In this document: piece by piece, positions 9,876 through 19,650 of the stretch
Numbering within the stretch: the first letter of the stretch is position 1
Layout of the letters: each line of letters opens with the position of its first letter
Origin: a virus
Reading direction: 5' to 3' (one strand)
Length of the DNA: 64,000 nucleotides
Virus record (IMG/VR): IMGVR_UViG_3300002461_000876
Notes under the pieces: generated by a model
What the model saw: the letters and a program-made list of their open reading frames with translations, nothing else
What the model was told of the DNA's origin: nothing
The model's database searches: none
Position numbers and translations under genes: made by a program

Positions 9876-10939
9876 GCACCAAAATGACTGTTCGATTCAA
9901 AAAGCTTTCAGACGACGAACTCGAGTCCTTCTGGCGCGGCAACACGTTGTTCCTTCGCGGAGCGATCGAGTCTCGAAATCGTCATCCTCGGAAGCAAGAG
10001 GCCCTCGAGGAGTGGAGGAATACCATCGCGTTTCTCGACACGATCCATCCCATGTACAAGAACGTGCTTCTCGCGTCCTTGATCGCTCCGATCGTCGCGA
10101 TCCTGCGCATCCCTGGTCTCGTGGTGAACGTCCACGGATCTACGACGACCGGAAAGTCGAAGGCTCTTCGCCTCGCCGAGTCTGCGTGGAGAAGGCCTGG
10201 GGCGTGGAGTCCGATCGGGAAGTACGCTACGGGTGCAGCCCGAGCTGATGCGATGGAGCAGATCTCCATGACTTCGGTGGGATGCCCGATCATCATCGAC
10301 AACGGTGACGAGGATTCCGACGAGAGTCAGAACGCCGAAGTCGCGAACGAGGTCTGTCGGGTCGGATCTGTTCTGATCGTCGCATCGGAACGTTCGATGA
10401 GGCAGGACGGTTCCCTGGCCCTCTTGAACCATCCCGATCAGGTCCTGTGGAACCCATCCTCCATGATCTCCGATCGGGCGATCCTCGAGCGCATCGACGC
10501 GATGATGTTCGTGATGGAGCGGAACTACGGGTTCGTCGGGCCGTCGATCATCCAGTATCTCGTCGACAACATGGACGAGTGGAACACGATCCGGGCTGAA
10601 TACGAGGCGTTGCCATCGCACGGATCCAAGTCGAGGCACGCCTTCGACGTGGGAGCCAAGGTCGTCAAGCGTATCCTCGGCATCCCTTGGGACGCGTCCG
10701 AGTCGTCCATGATCGAAAATACCAAGCTCATCCAGATCCCTCCCGGGTTCGAGCTCGGTCCCGTCGTGGATGGCGTCCAGACCGTAGTGGGCACCGAAGA
10801 GCTCGTTCAGATGGCGATGGGGCTTCGTCAGCACTTCGAAGGCCCTCCGATCAGGTACACGCTCGCAGGGGCATGGAAGTGGAGAGAGAGGATGCTCAGC
10901 ATGCTCGAGGCCAAGACCGTCGACGCAGGAGAAGGATGA
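9872..10939 (+). CDS. DUF927-like P-loop protein (phage primase/helicase-associated domain)
   Basis: VVNVHGSTTTGKS Walker A variant followed by ALRLAESAW. Confidence 0.6.
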   Translation: MSTKMTVRFKKLSDDELESFWRGNTLFLRGAIESRNRHPRKQEALEEWRNTIAFLDTIHPMYKNVLLASLIAPIVAILRIPGLVVNVHGSTTTGKSKALRLAESAWRRPGAWSPIGKYATGAARADAMEQISMTSVGCPIIIDNGDEDSDESQNAEVANEVCRVGSVLIVASERSMRQDGSLALLNHPDQVLWNPSSMISDRAILERIDAMMFVMERNYGFVGPSIIQYLVDNMDEWNTIRAEYEALPSHGSKSRHAFDVGAKVVKRILGIPWDASESSMIENTKLIQIPPGFELGPVVDGVQTVVGTEELVQMAMGLRQHFEGPPIRYTLAGAWKWRERMLSMLEAKTVDAGEG

Positions 10940-11181
10940 TGGACGACGAGGACGACACGACTCGGCCCCCGACCCTGAAGGAGGTACTGAAGAGGGTATC
11001 GTCGGGGCTTCTCGAGGCGGTAGGCTTGTTCTCGGTCCGGGTCTACGAGGCGTTCGAACCTGTCACGGTCGTGGTTCCCGACCTGTTCGAGGAGCTGTTC
11101 GGAAAACCCGACGATGACGATGAACCGATCGTCGCGTCCGAGACCATCGACGATGACGATCTGGACGGAGGAGAACGATGA
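10936..11181 (+). CDS. Small acidic hypothetical protein
   Basis: ATGA overlaps on both sides. Confidence 0.55.
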   Translation: MMDDEDDTTRPPTLKEVLKRVSSGLLEAVGLFSVRVYEAFEPVTVVVPDLFEELFGKPDDDDEPIVASETIDDDDLDGGER

Positions 11182-11456
11182 ACGACGGACTGTACCTCGT
11201 CAACGCCTACGACGTGTCCTCGCAAAAGGAGGACCTTGCCAAGATGCGTGACGCTCTGATCGAGAACGGGGCCCCTGACGCAGCGGCAGAGACTGCTGAT
11301 CTGCTCGCGACGATCCGTCAGTTCGAGGTCATCGCAGGCGTGCACATCGATCGCTTGCGAGGCGTGTGGAAGGAGACGGAGATGTGGCGAAGATGCAAAT
11401 CGAGTCGCGAAGATTTTGAGAAGGCGCTCGCGAAGTACCGACAGGGCATGAAGTGA
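11178..11456 (+). CDS. Hypothetical protein
   Basis: GGAGGAG RBS; 92 aa. Confidence 0.6.
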   Translation: MNDGLYLVNAYDVSSQKEDLAKMRDALIENGAPDAAAETADLLATIRQFEVIAGVHIDRLRGVWKETEMWRRCKSSREDFEKALAKYRQGMK

Positions 11457-11915
11457 TGGACTCGATGACGACATCAGCAGAGGCAGTCGCGGACATCACC
11501 AGCGATCCGCTGATCATCACGTCGAGGATCGCTCATGCATGCGGACTTCTCTGGGCCTCGTGTCCAGGATCGATCCCCTCCTCGATCTGCTCGTGCTCCA
11601 AGTACATCGGGCACATCGATCAGCATGTGAGCCACGGGTACTACTGGAACGACGCCGACGGGAGTTGGGTGGTCAAGGCGGGGCCGATGCCGTCGAGCTT
11701 CCAGCAGTGGTCCGACGATTACTTCGATCGATGCTCGAGACTGGGCATCGATCCGAAAGGACGAGGTCCGTCGCCGATCTGGTCCGACGGTCGGATCTTC
11801 TGGAAGGTCCTGGACCGGACCGCGCTGATCTCCGTGCGCGGTCTTAGGTCCGAGTTCTACATCGGATCGACGGACTTCTGCATCTCCGGAAGCGGAACGA
11901 TCGAGGACATGAAGG
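11453..11915 (+). pseudogene. 5' part of a gene interrupted by the transposon
   Basis: Frame ...GTIEDMK is broken at the TSD ACATGAAGG (11907-11915); removing the element joins it in frame to 19731-19825, restoring 185 aa. Confidence 0.85.
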
Positions 11916-11974
11916 GGCTTTGCCCAAGAAGTCCGCGCTGCCCAAGAACCCCGACGCCTGCCCAAGAAATCAGA
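11916..11974. repeat. Left end: TIR plus three TGCCCAAGAA sites
   Basis: TGCCCAAGAA at 11921, 11939 and 11959. Confidence 0.9.
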
Positions 11975-12037
11975 ACCTAGGGTGTGCGACGGCTCCGCAC
12001 GGGATCCCATCCCGGCGGAGCCTGAGGCTGCCCGTGT

Positions 12038-12988
12038 TCAGTCCACAGGCGTGAATCGGAGCTGGACGTCGAAGGTGTAGTTGGCATCGTGGCCGTAGGC
12101 GACGAAGCCGTCGTGGAGGTAGTCGATCGGCACGAACGTGCACTCGCCGTCCTCGGCGTAGCAGGCGATGTTCATGGGGTCGTTGGCGCCGAGGCCGTCC
12201 TCGTCGGAGAAGACGATCGACAGCACCTCGTTGCTCTGGAATCCGTCATCGATGTCGCTGTTGATCTCCACCTCGGCGCAGTCGTCCCACGCGGTCATGA
12301 CCGTGTCGTCGTGCGTCTCGGACTTGAAGACCAGATCGCCGCCGTAGAACACCGAGAAGTAGGCGTCGGCGTAGCAGTCGTCGAAGTCCCAGCACGTGGG
12401 CGAGTAGTCCGCCCAGAGGCTCACGCAGATCAGGTAGGTCCGACCCCACGGACCGGCGCACTCCAAGTCCGGCGTGCACACCTCGTCGATCTCGCAGTCC
12501 GCACCCCAGAGACAGGCGACCGCTCCTCCGCCACATGCCACGCCGTAGTCGTCGCAGCAGTCGTCGGCCGCGAGGCACGACGTGTCGCAGCGGCACAGGC
12601 CGTCGTTGGACGAGCCGCCGCAGTTCCCCTCGCACGAACCTTCGCCGTCGCCGGTCTCGCCCGACGTCGGATCGGCGGTCGGGTCGACGGTCGGGTCGGC
12701 GGTCGGATCGCTCGGGTCGGCGGTCGGGTCCGGCTTCTCGGTGTCGCCCTCGTCGGCGCCGTCGGATCCGTCGAAGTCGACGCAGAGTTGCGACGCACAG
12801 ACCAGCTCGCCCATGCACGACCCGCCGGTGTCGCACCGGCAGCCTTCGGTTCCCGCTTCACAGTCGCTGTTCGTGTCGGTCGGCTGCGTCGCGATGCCAG
12901 TCATCGTCACCGACGCCACCTGCTGGCCATCGTCATCGCCGCCGCCACACGAGGCCAGCAGCACCATCGTCAAGATCGCGTGCTTCAT
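12038..12988 (-). CDS. Cys-rich lipoprotein with somatomedin-B domain (transposon cargo)
   Basis: Lipobox LLASC; PTADP linker; CEGNCGG...CRCDTSCLAADDCCDDYGVAC matches SMB cysteine spacing. Confidence 0.8.
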   Translation of the reverse strand: MKHAILTMVLLASCGGGDDDGQQVASVTMTGIATQPTDTNSDCEAGTEGCRCDTGGSCMGELVCASQLCVDFDGSDGADEGDTEKPDPTADPSDPTADPTVDPTADPTSGETGDGEGSCEGNCGGSSNDGLCRCDTSCLAADDCCDDYGVACGGGAVACLWGADCEIDEVCTPDLECAGPWGRTYLICVSLWADYSPTCWDFDDCYADAYFSVFYGGDLVFKSETHDDTVMTAWDDCAEVEINSDIDDGFQSNEVLSIVFSDEDGLGANDPMNIACYAEDGECTFVPIDYLHDGFVAYGHDANYTFDVQLRFTPVD

Positions 12989-13017
12989 CCTGAGATCTCC
13001 TCCGGTCGCGATGGTAG

Positions 13018-13031
13018 TGACCTATAGGTCA
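13018..13031. promoter_or_regulatory. Perfect 14-bp palindrome, candidate operator
   Basis: TGACCTATAGGTCA lies between the divergent lipoprotein and HTH genes. Confidence 0.5.
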
Positions 13032-13065
13032 TCGTGCAAGCACGTGGGCCCGCTAGGGTCCGGCG

Positions 13066-13284
13066 GTGCAGCCGGCCGACTTCCGCCGGATCGTCGAGCA
13101 GAACATCCGATCGCGAGCGAAGAAGCGCGGCTTGAGCCTGAACGCGCTCGCGGACCTAGCAGGGATCGCCCGCAGTCCGTTCTTCCGGGCACTGGCCGGT
13201 CAGGCGAGCTTCACGATCGACCGGCTGTTCAAGATCGCCGCCGCCCTGGAGTGCCGCGTCGCCGATCTTGTGGCCGAGCCTTGA
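13066..13284 (+). CDS. Small XRE-family HTH regulator
   Basis: RSRAKKRGLSLNALADLAGIARSPFFRALAGQASFTIDRLFKIAAALEC. Confidence 0.8.
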   Translation: MQPADFRRIVEQNIRSRAKKRGLSLNALADLAGIARSPFFRALAGQASFTIDRLFKIAAALECRVADLVAEP

Positions 13285-13551
13285 CGCAGCGGCCGGCGAC
13301 GTCGGCCTGGCGGTTCGCGACGTGCCAGGTGTTCGTCGAGCAGCTCGCCGACCTCGCCGACCCGGTCATGCTGAGGTTCCACGGCGTCGATCCGGTGCGT
13401 GACGCTTGAACGCTTGCGCGTGCGTGCAAGCGTCGGCGCTCGCGATCACGCATCGCGTCACGGATCGACCACGGTGGAAGTTCGCGACGATCGTCTGCGT
13501 AGCCAGGACGAGCGCCATCACGGCGTGCTCTCTCACCTGGAATGAAGCAGC

Positions 13552-13839
13552 ATGACAACTCGCGAACCCACCGTCTGGTGGTACGTCTACAAGGGCGTCA
13601 ACCCAACCCGCCGCCTCGTCTACCACGGAGTCGCGCTCGATCCTGTCGCTCGCGCCGATGGCTTCCACTGCCGCGGCTCCACAAAGGTCATCGGAGACTG
13701 GAAGTGCGAGCAAGAAGGCGTGAAGTGGACGACACTGTCGCGGCACTTGACCCAAGAGAAGGCTACCGCAGTGTCGCACGCTCTCGAACGCGGGCCGTCG
13801 ATGCGCGGATACACGAACATCAAGACAGGTGGCGTGTAG
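13552..13839 (+). CDS. Small GIY-YIG-like protein
   Basis: WYVYKG...VYHGVALDPVAR resembles the GIY-YIG bipartite motif with its conserved Arg. Confidence 0.5.
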   Translation: MTTREPTVWWYVYKGVNPTRRLVYHGVALDPVARADGFHCRGSTKVIGDWKCEQEGVKWTTLSRHLTQEKATAVSHALERGPSMRGYTNIKTGGV

Positions 13840-13840
13840 C

Positions 13841-14095
13841 CTAGTTTGAGATCGAGCGACGTGTTACGGAACAGCCACGCTCATGGAGAACAGTGTCTCC
13901 GCACTCCGGGCATGCGAGCCGAGGTCCCGGAGGCGGTGGATGCGGAAGATCCACGAACGGCGGGTGATACTCGCACGCCTCGCAGAAGCCACAGTCATCG
14001 CAGAATGCATCGGCGTGGCAGCTCGGGCACCGCTGCCCACGCCGATGCAGGATGACGCGCATGCCGTCGGCGCGAAGCCTTGTCTTGGTGGCCAT
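13841..14095 (-). CDS. Small Cys-rich Zn-finger protein
   Basis: CPSC, CDDC, CEAC, CPEC motifs in 84 aa. Confidence 0.5.
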   Translation of the reverse strand: MATKTRLRADGMRVILHRRGQRCPSCHADAFCDDCGFCEACEYHPPFVDLPHPPPPGPRLACPECGDTVLHERGCSVTRRSISN

Positions 14096-14215
14096 GCCGA
14101 CGATCGTCTGCAAGATGGCGGGAAACCACAAGGCCGCAGAGAGACTTCCGTTTTCGGCAATCTTTTCAATTCGGTGGCGCACTGCCACGTGCGCGATCGC
14201 CCATGTGCGCGCGGC

Positions 14216-14386
14216 CTACTTCTGCTTGGGCGTGTCCCACCAGGCGGACTTGCACTTGGGGCAGATCCGGGGCGCGTCGGCCTTCGCGGTCTTCTTCGCC
14301 TTCGTCGCGCGAGGCGTCCGGGCGATCCACTCGTGCCCGCACCGCTCGCACCGGTAGCCGGGAACCTTGATCGTGATCTCCGCCAT
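14216..14386 (-). CDS. Small Zn-ribbon protein divergent from the transposase
   Basis: MAEITIKVPGYRCERCGHEW...RICPKCKSAWW, 56 aa. Confidence 0.7.
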   Translation of the reverse strand: MAEITIKVPGYRCERCGHEWIARTPRATKAKKTAKADAPRICPKCKSAWWDTPKQK

Positions 14387-14394
14387 CACGCTGG

Positions 14395-14443
14395 AGCATA
14401 CGGTGACGACCAACCTTGTCAAGTTTACCGGAATAAGTATACC
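14395..14443. promoter_or_regulatory. Overlapping divergent sigma70-like promoters
   Basis: Minus strand TTGACA-16 nt-TATGCT (14422 to 14395); plus strand TTGTCA-16 nt-TATACC (14416-14443). Confidence 0.5.
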
Positions 14444-14464
14444 TTCATCGGACGTCGGAGCAGC

Positions 14465-15661
14465 ATGCAGGACGAGCGACAGCAGAAGGGCCTCCAGATC
14501 GCCCGAGCGAAGCGGATCAAGAAGGCCGCCGGCAAGCTGTGGGTCGTCCCCTCGCAGAGCCACGCCGGGACCTACGTCGTCAACGTGGCGATCGGCACGT
14601 GCACGTGCCCGGACCACGAGACGCGCGACGTCAAGTGCAAGCATCTCTGGGCCGTTGAGTACGTGCGCCATCGGGTCCTCAACCCCGACGGCACCAAGGT
14701 CGAGACCGAGGCACTCCGCGTCACGTACACGCAGAACTGGCCCGCCTACCACGCGGCGCAGTGCGCCGAGCAGGAGCAGGTCCAGCTTCTCCTTCGGGAC
14801 CTGTGCGAGCAGATCGTCCAGCCGCCGCACCACGGTCGCGGTCGACCGCCGGTGCTCCTCGCCGACGTCGTGTACGCCGCGACGTTGAAGATCTACAGCG
14901 GCGTCTCGGGGCGCCGCGCGACGACCGAGATCAAGGAGTGCGCGACCAAGGGGATGATCGAGCACGCACCCTGCTACAACACGATCTTCAACTACCTCGA
15001 CAAGCCCGAGCTGACGCCGCTGCTCACGGGGATGATCGAGCAGTCCGCCACGCCGCTACGGGCGGTCGAGCGGGACTTCGCGGCGGACTCTACGGGATTC
15101 TCCACCTCGGTCTACCGCCGCTGGTACGACCACAAGTACGGCCGCGAGATGAAGGAGCACACGTGGCTCAAGGCGCACGCCATGATCGGCGTCGTCACCA
15201 ACGTCGTGACCAGCGTCATCGTCACGCCGGGCGACGCCCACGACGCGCCCGAGTTCCCGGCTCTCGTCGCCGCGACCGCGCGCGGGTTCGAGGTGGCGGA
15301 GGTCTCGGCGGACAAGGCGTACCTGTCCCATGCCAACCTCGCCGCGGTCGAGGCGGCCGGCGGCAAGCCGTACATCCCCTTCAAGTCCAACTCGACCGAA
15401 CGCGGATCGCCAGCATGGGAGCGCCTGTTCCACCTCTTCGCCATGAACCGGCCCGAGTTCCTCGCCCACTACCACAAGCGGAGCAACGTGGAGGCCACCT
15501 TCTCGGCGATCAAACGGAAGTTCGACGGCTCGATCCGGTCGAAGCGGTACGACGCCCAGGTCAACGAGATCCTCTGCAAGTTCCTCTGCTACAACCTCGC
15601 GACCCTGGTGCACGCGATGTTCGAGCTCGGCGTCAAGCCGACCTTCGCCAAGGTCGCCTAG
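14465..15661 (+). CDS. DDE transposase (IS5/IS903-like) with N-terminal SWIM Zn finger
   Basis: SWIM CTCPD...CKHLWA; AADSTG, SADKAY and YHKRSNVEATFSAIKRKF catalytic motifs; 398 aa from ATG 14465. Confidence 0.92.
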   Translation: MQDERQQKGLQIARAKRIKKAAGKLWVVPSQSHAGTYVVNVAIGTCTCPDHETRDVKCKHLWAVEYVRHRVLNPDGTKVETEALRVTYTQNWPAYHAAQCAEQEQVQLLLRDLCEQIVQPPHHGRGRPPVLLADVVYAATLKIYSGVSGRRATTEIKECATKGMIEHAPCYNTIFNYLDKPELTPLLTGMIEQSATPLRAVERDFAADSTGFSTSVYRRWYDHKYGREMKEHTWLKAHAMIGVVTNVVTSVIVTPGDAHDAPEFPALVAATARGFEVAEVSADKAYLSHANLAAVEAAGGKPYIPFKSNSTERGSPAWERLFHLFAMNRPEFLAHYHKRSNVEATFSAIKRKFDGSIRSKRYDAQVNEILCKFLCYNLATLVHAMFELGVKPTFAKVA

Positions 15662-15899
15662 GTCGAGCGGGCCCGTCGTCGACGGCCCGCACGAACGGTC
15701 CCTGTAGCGGACGGGAGGCCGCCGACCAAGGCGATCGTCGTGATTGCCGCCCGCGAGCACGGACGACTCGCTTGTCACGGTCCTTGCCGGAGGACCCGGA
15801 TGATCTGCTCGGCGCTCGAAGTCCAAGGCGACCGCCGCGCCGGTCGTCATCGCGATGCAGCGGTCGACAACGACGCAGGTTCAGCGCGCCGAGCTCGGC

Positions 15900-16070
15900 G
15901 ACCGACTCGCCGGGGCCACGCACGTGCGGGGCGATCGTCCGATCGCCCCGCAGGTGGGCGACGAGCTCCGGCAGGCTCGAGACCGCGAGCACCTTGAGCC
16001 CTGGGATCAGCGTCGCCTCATCGGCGTTGTTCGCGGGCGATCACGATCGTCGAGACACCAGTGATGCCGT
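15900..16070 (-). pseudogene. Frameshifted fragment resembling ComM/YifB
   Basis: TIVI / PANNADEATLIPGLKVLAVSSLPELVAHLRGD is split over two frames and resembles the YifB N-domain end. Confidence 0.4.
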
Positions 16071-16294
16071 AGATCGGCGTCAGGCGGTTGGTGCGAGCGT
16101 AGTCGGCGAAGTCGTCGTAGAGCCCGACGCTCGGGGCTCGTCGTGGCCGAGGAGTCGGCCGGGCTGGTCGCTCAAAAGGCGCTCGCAACGCTGGGCTGAT
16201 CCCCAAGATGCTGAGTGCGCACAGGGCGCTCCACAACCAGTTGGGTCTGCCATCTTGACACACGCAACGAGTTGGGGATCGTCCCCTCTCGGCG

Positions 16295-16606
16295 TTGGAC
16301 TTCTTCGTACAACCTGTGCACACTTCCCAAGTGAACGGCTTCAAGATCCTAGTGATCGAGCGCGATGGCTATTTTGTCGCCCAGTCGCTTGAGAAGCACG
16401 TTGTGGTTCAGGCGCGGACTCTGGAGGATCTCCAGATGTACTTCATCGACACCCTGATGACGTACGCGTTCCTCGACGAACTAGCGGACGTCCCGCCCCT
16501 CAGCAGCCTCGAGCCCGCGCCGCCCGAGGTGTGGGAGCAGTGGAACGCCGCCAATCCGCTCGTGCTCCCGTCGGCGGACAAGTACGATTTCCGCCTTGCT
16601 GCGTGA
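16295..16606 (+). CDS. HicB-like antitoxin-fold protein
   Basis: ILVIERDGYFVAQSLEKHVVVQARTLEDL pattern; TTG start. Confidence 0.5.
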   Translation: MDFFVQPVHTSQVNGFKILVIERDGYFVAQSLEKHVVVQARTLEDLQMYFIDTLMTYAFLDELADVPPLSSLEPAPPEVWEQWNAANPLVLPSADKYDFRLAA

Positions 16607-16923
16607 TTCGCGACGGCGGTAGCATCCGAGGGGTGGCCGCACCTCTCGGATGGAGACCGACACTTCGCGAGTTCGCCAACGTGCTTGGGCGGCATCCGTT
16701 CGGCGTGAAGGTCTACGAGCACCCTGGAGCCTGCGCCGGGCACATCCGGCAGGCGTTCTTCGTACGCCGTGACTCCGCCGGGCGCGTGCGCACCGCCGTG
16801 CACCCGGCCGACTGGGACATGGTGGTCGATCCGATCCTGCTCACCGACCTCCTCAAGCGGCTCGGCATCGAGGCGGCGGACTACGCGAACGCGATCAACG
16901 AGGACGATCTCGAGGTCGGCTAG
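16603..16923 (+). CDS. Coupled partner of the HicB-like gene, possible toxin
   Basis: GTGA overlap; TLREFANVL...LLTDLLKRLGI. Confidence 0.4.
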   Translation: MIRDGGSIRGVAAPLGWRPTLREFANVLGRHPFGVKVYEHPGACAGHIRQAFFVRRDSAGRVRTAVHPADWDMVVDPILLTDLLKRLGIEAADYANAINEDDLEVG

Positions 16924-17070
16924 TACCTCGCGCCACGGTTCGATCCAGCGCCCGCTTCGGCGCTCGGGCAAGCGCGAGCGCCGTTCGCAACCGCGCGCCA
17001 ACTCCGTGGTGGCGCAACGTGTGCAAGATCGCAGCCTCATACTGCACGCACTGCTACGCTCATCGGCTCG

Positions 17071-18105
17071 ATGAACGATCCGATCACACCACGTGCCACC
17101 GCGGTCTCTGAGAAGAAGGACGCCGATGTGCTCGTCCTCAGCGGGTCGATCGACGACGACAGCTTCCGAAAGTTGCTCAACTACTGCCGCATGCGGACGA
17201 GGAAGAATGTGCTCCTCGTGTTGGTCACCAACGGAGGCGATCCGCATGCGGGCTACAAGATAGCCCGCATGCTGCAGCGAACCTACGAGAACTTCACCGT
17301 TCTGATCGCTGGACCGTGCAAGAGCGCCGGAACGCTCGTTGCTCTCGGGGCTCGCGAGATCGTGATCGCGGATACCGGAGAGCTAGGCCCCCTCGACATC
17401 CAGCTGCTGAGCCGGGAGCATCTCGGTGAGCGCGACTCGGGCAACGACATGACCTACGGGATCACCCACCTCGGGATCGACGCCATGGGCCAGTTCTTCG
17501 AGTGCTTCAAGACGCTCGCGTCGAGCCTTGAGACGAAGATCGCAGCTGAGGCTGCATCGAAGCTGGTCGGCCGGCTGTATGGCCGCGTCTTCGACTCCGT
17601 TCATCCGCGGCACATCGGATCGGTCGTGCGCGCCAACCAGCTCGGGTCCGAGTATGCCAAGCGCCTGATGTCACCGTCCAGGAACCCAAACATCGACAAG
17701 GCCATCCATCGGCTCGTGTACACGTACCCAGAGCACGGCTTCGTGATCGATCGGGAAGAGGCCGCGTCCTTCCTGCCCGGGGTGCGCGCTCCTGACTCAC
17801 TCGAACAAGACCTAGTCGACACTCTCCGGTGCCAGGAGGTGACTTCGAACACTTACGTGTTTCGGCTTGCGCCGGAACTTCCCAATGCCACAGAAAAGGA
17901 AGAGGATGCCCGCGATGAAGACGCCGCCGACACCGCAGCAGACGCCGAGCCCACTCCTGCAGGACCTGCGGCAGGCCCAGCGCCTCCGCCAGGACGCGGC
18001 CCGGGCGACGGCGGAGGGAGTGCGATCGCAGGTGACGCACGACCGGGAGCGACCGACGGTCCCGTCGGAGAACCTGCCGACGACGGTCCGCCCGTGACCA
18101 ACTAG
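17071..18105 (+). CDS. SDH_sah / ClpP-class serine peptidase
   Basis: TNGGDP, CKSAGTLVALGAREIVIADTGELGPLD, YPEHGFVIDREEA; low-complexity C-tail. Confidence 0.8.
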   Translation: MNDPITPRATAVSEKKDADVLVLSGSIDDDSFRKLLNYCRMRTRKNVLLVLVTNGGDPHAGYKIARMLQRTYENFTVLIAGPCKSAGTLVALGAREIVIADTGELGPLDIQLLSREHLGERDSGNDMTYGITHLGIDAMGQFFECFKTLASSLETKIAAEAASKLVGRLYGRVFDSVHPRHIGSVVRANQLGSEYAKRLMSPSRNPNIDKAIHRLVYTYPEHGFVIDREEAASFLPGVRAPDSLEQDLVDTLRCQEVTSNTYVFRLAPELPNATEKEEDARDEDAADTAADAEPTPAGPAAGPAPPPGRGPGDGGGSAIAGDARPGATDGPVGEPADDGPPVTN

Positions 18106-18506
18106 CCGAACTCCGGCCAAGCACAACGCCCGAGATCCGGTCGCGGCCGCCGCCCGCTTCGCTGGTTAGGCCCGAGACCGTGGCGCGAGGACCGTCGAGC
18201 CGGCGCTTGACCCGGCAGCGGCGCTTGTGTTCCTCGAATGGCTGATCGTCCGCGCCGTCCGCCGTAGCGTCCCGCGCGGTTCCGGGAGGAGCGTCGAAGG
18301 TCAAGCCCCAAACAGTTTGCGCGATGTGCCCGGTGCGCCCGATGCGACGTGGTGGGCGACCAACCGGCCGCATGTCGCGACTCGGATCGCATCCGGCGAA
18401 CTCGGCGCGCGCCAAAGAGTCTCTTCTGCTCCCGGACGTTCCGGCGGCGCTGGTGAGGCTCTGGCCCGCAGCGGGTACGTCTGGTCGTCGTGGTAGTGTG
18501 AAGACG

Positions 18507-19064
18507 ATGACGAGCGAGGAGTACGCCGACTGGGTCCGTCTCCGGGAGGCGGTGTTCGAGGCCCGTCAGAGTGCCGACGTGGCGCGCCGCTACTACCGCA
18601 AGATGGCGAACCGGTTCCGCAGAGTTGAACTCGGGATGAACATCGCGATGCTGACCGTGCAGGCGAGTGGCGTGGCTGCTTTGTTCGCTGAAGTTCCGGG
18701 CTGGTCGATCGCGTTGGGGATCGTCGCCGCCGTGCTCACGATCCTGGCGGCGATGCATCGAAACGGGGACCGGCGCGCAGAGCATCTACTCGCGGCCCGA
18801 ACCGCCGGAACGTCCCACGCGAAGTGGGATGAGCTGTGGCGCGAGATCTCCGGCACGCCGACATGGGGGACCGCGCTTGCGAAGCGGGTTAGCGCCGCGA
18901 CGAGCGTCGATGTAGAGAACGAGAATTCAATGACCGAGGAGCGAGTCCAGAAGCTGTGGACGGAAATGGAGAAGGCTGTGGTCCGGAGCATAGACCCGCG
19001 TGAGCTCGCGCCCGAGCAGCCGTCGTGGGTGGCTGAGCTTGGAATTCTTCCGGAAGGATCGTAG
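18507..19064 (+). CDS. SLATT-like 2-TM effector
   Basis: Helix, two TM segments, then RRAEHLLAARTAGTSHAKWDELWREI. Confidence 0.55.
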   Translation: MTSEEYADWVRLREAVFEARQSADVARRYYRKMANRFRRVELGMNIAMLTVQASGVAALFAEVPGWSIALGIVAAVLTILAAMHRNGDRRAEHLLAARTAGTSHAKWDELWREISGTPTWGTALAKRVSAATSVDVENENSMTEERVQKLWTEMEKAVVRSIDPRELAPEQPSWVAELGILPEGS

Positions 19065-19650
19065 AGATCCAGCATGTCTGATCCACGGCCCGGCACGAGG
19101 CAAGACGGTACGTACACGCGCAACCTGCCGCCGGCACGGCCCGCTGCGCCCTCTGTTCCGGCACCGCCACCTGCGGACGGCCCTGCAACCTCCACGCCCT
19201 CGACGCCTCCAGCGCAGCGCCGTTAGTTTCGGGGTCCCGCCAAAGCCCGGGCGCTGCCTTCGTGAAACTCCGGCCCCAAGCTCGGGCATCAAGCCCGCTA
19301 CAGCGCCAGGATCGTCGCCACCGCGGCCGTCCAGCGCCGAAGCTTCCGCTGCGCTCCGACCAGGCCGAGTTCAGGCCACAGCGACGCGACCGCCGACTCC
19401 ATGCTCAGCCTGCTGCTGGATTGCCTGGCGTCGCGGTACTCGGCGGAGCTGGCCGAGATCGAGGATGTCGGGCCGCGGCCGCGCGGGCACCGAACGTCAT
19501 CCGCGCCGTCGGGCAGTGCCCGACGTGACGAAGACCGACGCGCACGCACGCCGAGAGGCACATCGAAGCGCTCCGATGGCTAGATGACCAGGAGGCTCGT
19601 CCGGTCGTTCGTGCCGCGATCGGCCAACGGCTCGCGGAGCTGACCTAGCT

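Noticed and set aside
12089-13027. Long antisense and alternative-frame ORFs (also 14216..14965, 14761..16392, 33703..35583, 49405..50535, 55497..56636)
   Set aside because: These are GC-rich shadow frames over genes with clear motifs on the other strand or frame.
13883-14464. 194-aa N-terminal extension of the transposase in the ORF track
   Set aside because: It overlaps two credible minus-strand genes and the divergent promoter; ATG 14465 gives the expected SWIM-DDE protein.
19262-19587. Possible small gene near the transposon right end
   Set aside because: Several short overlapping frames exist, none with a clear start, RBS or motif.
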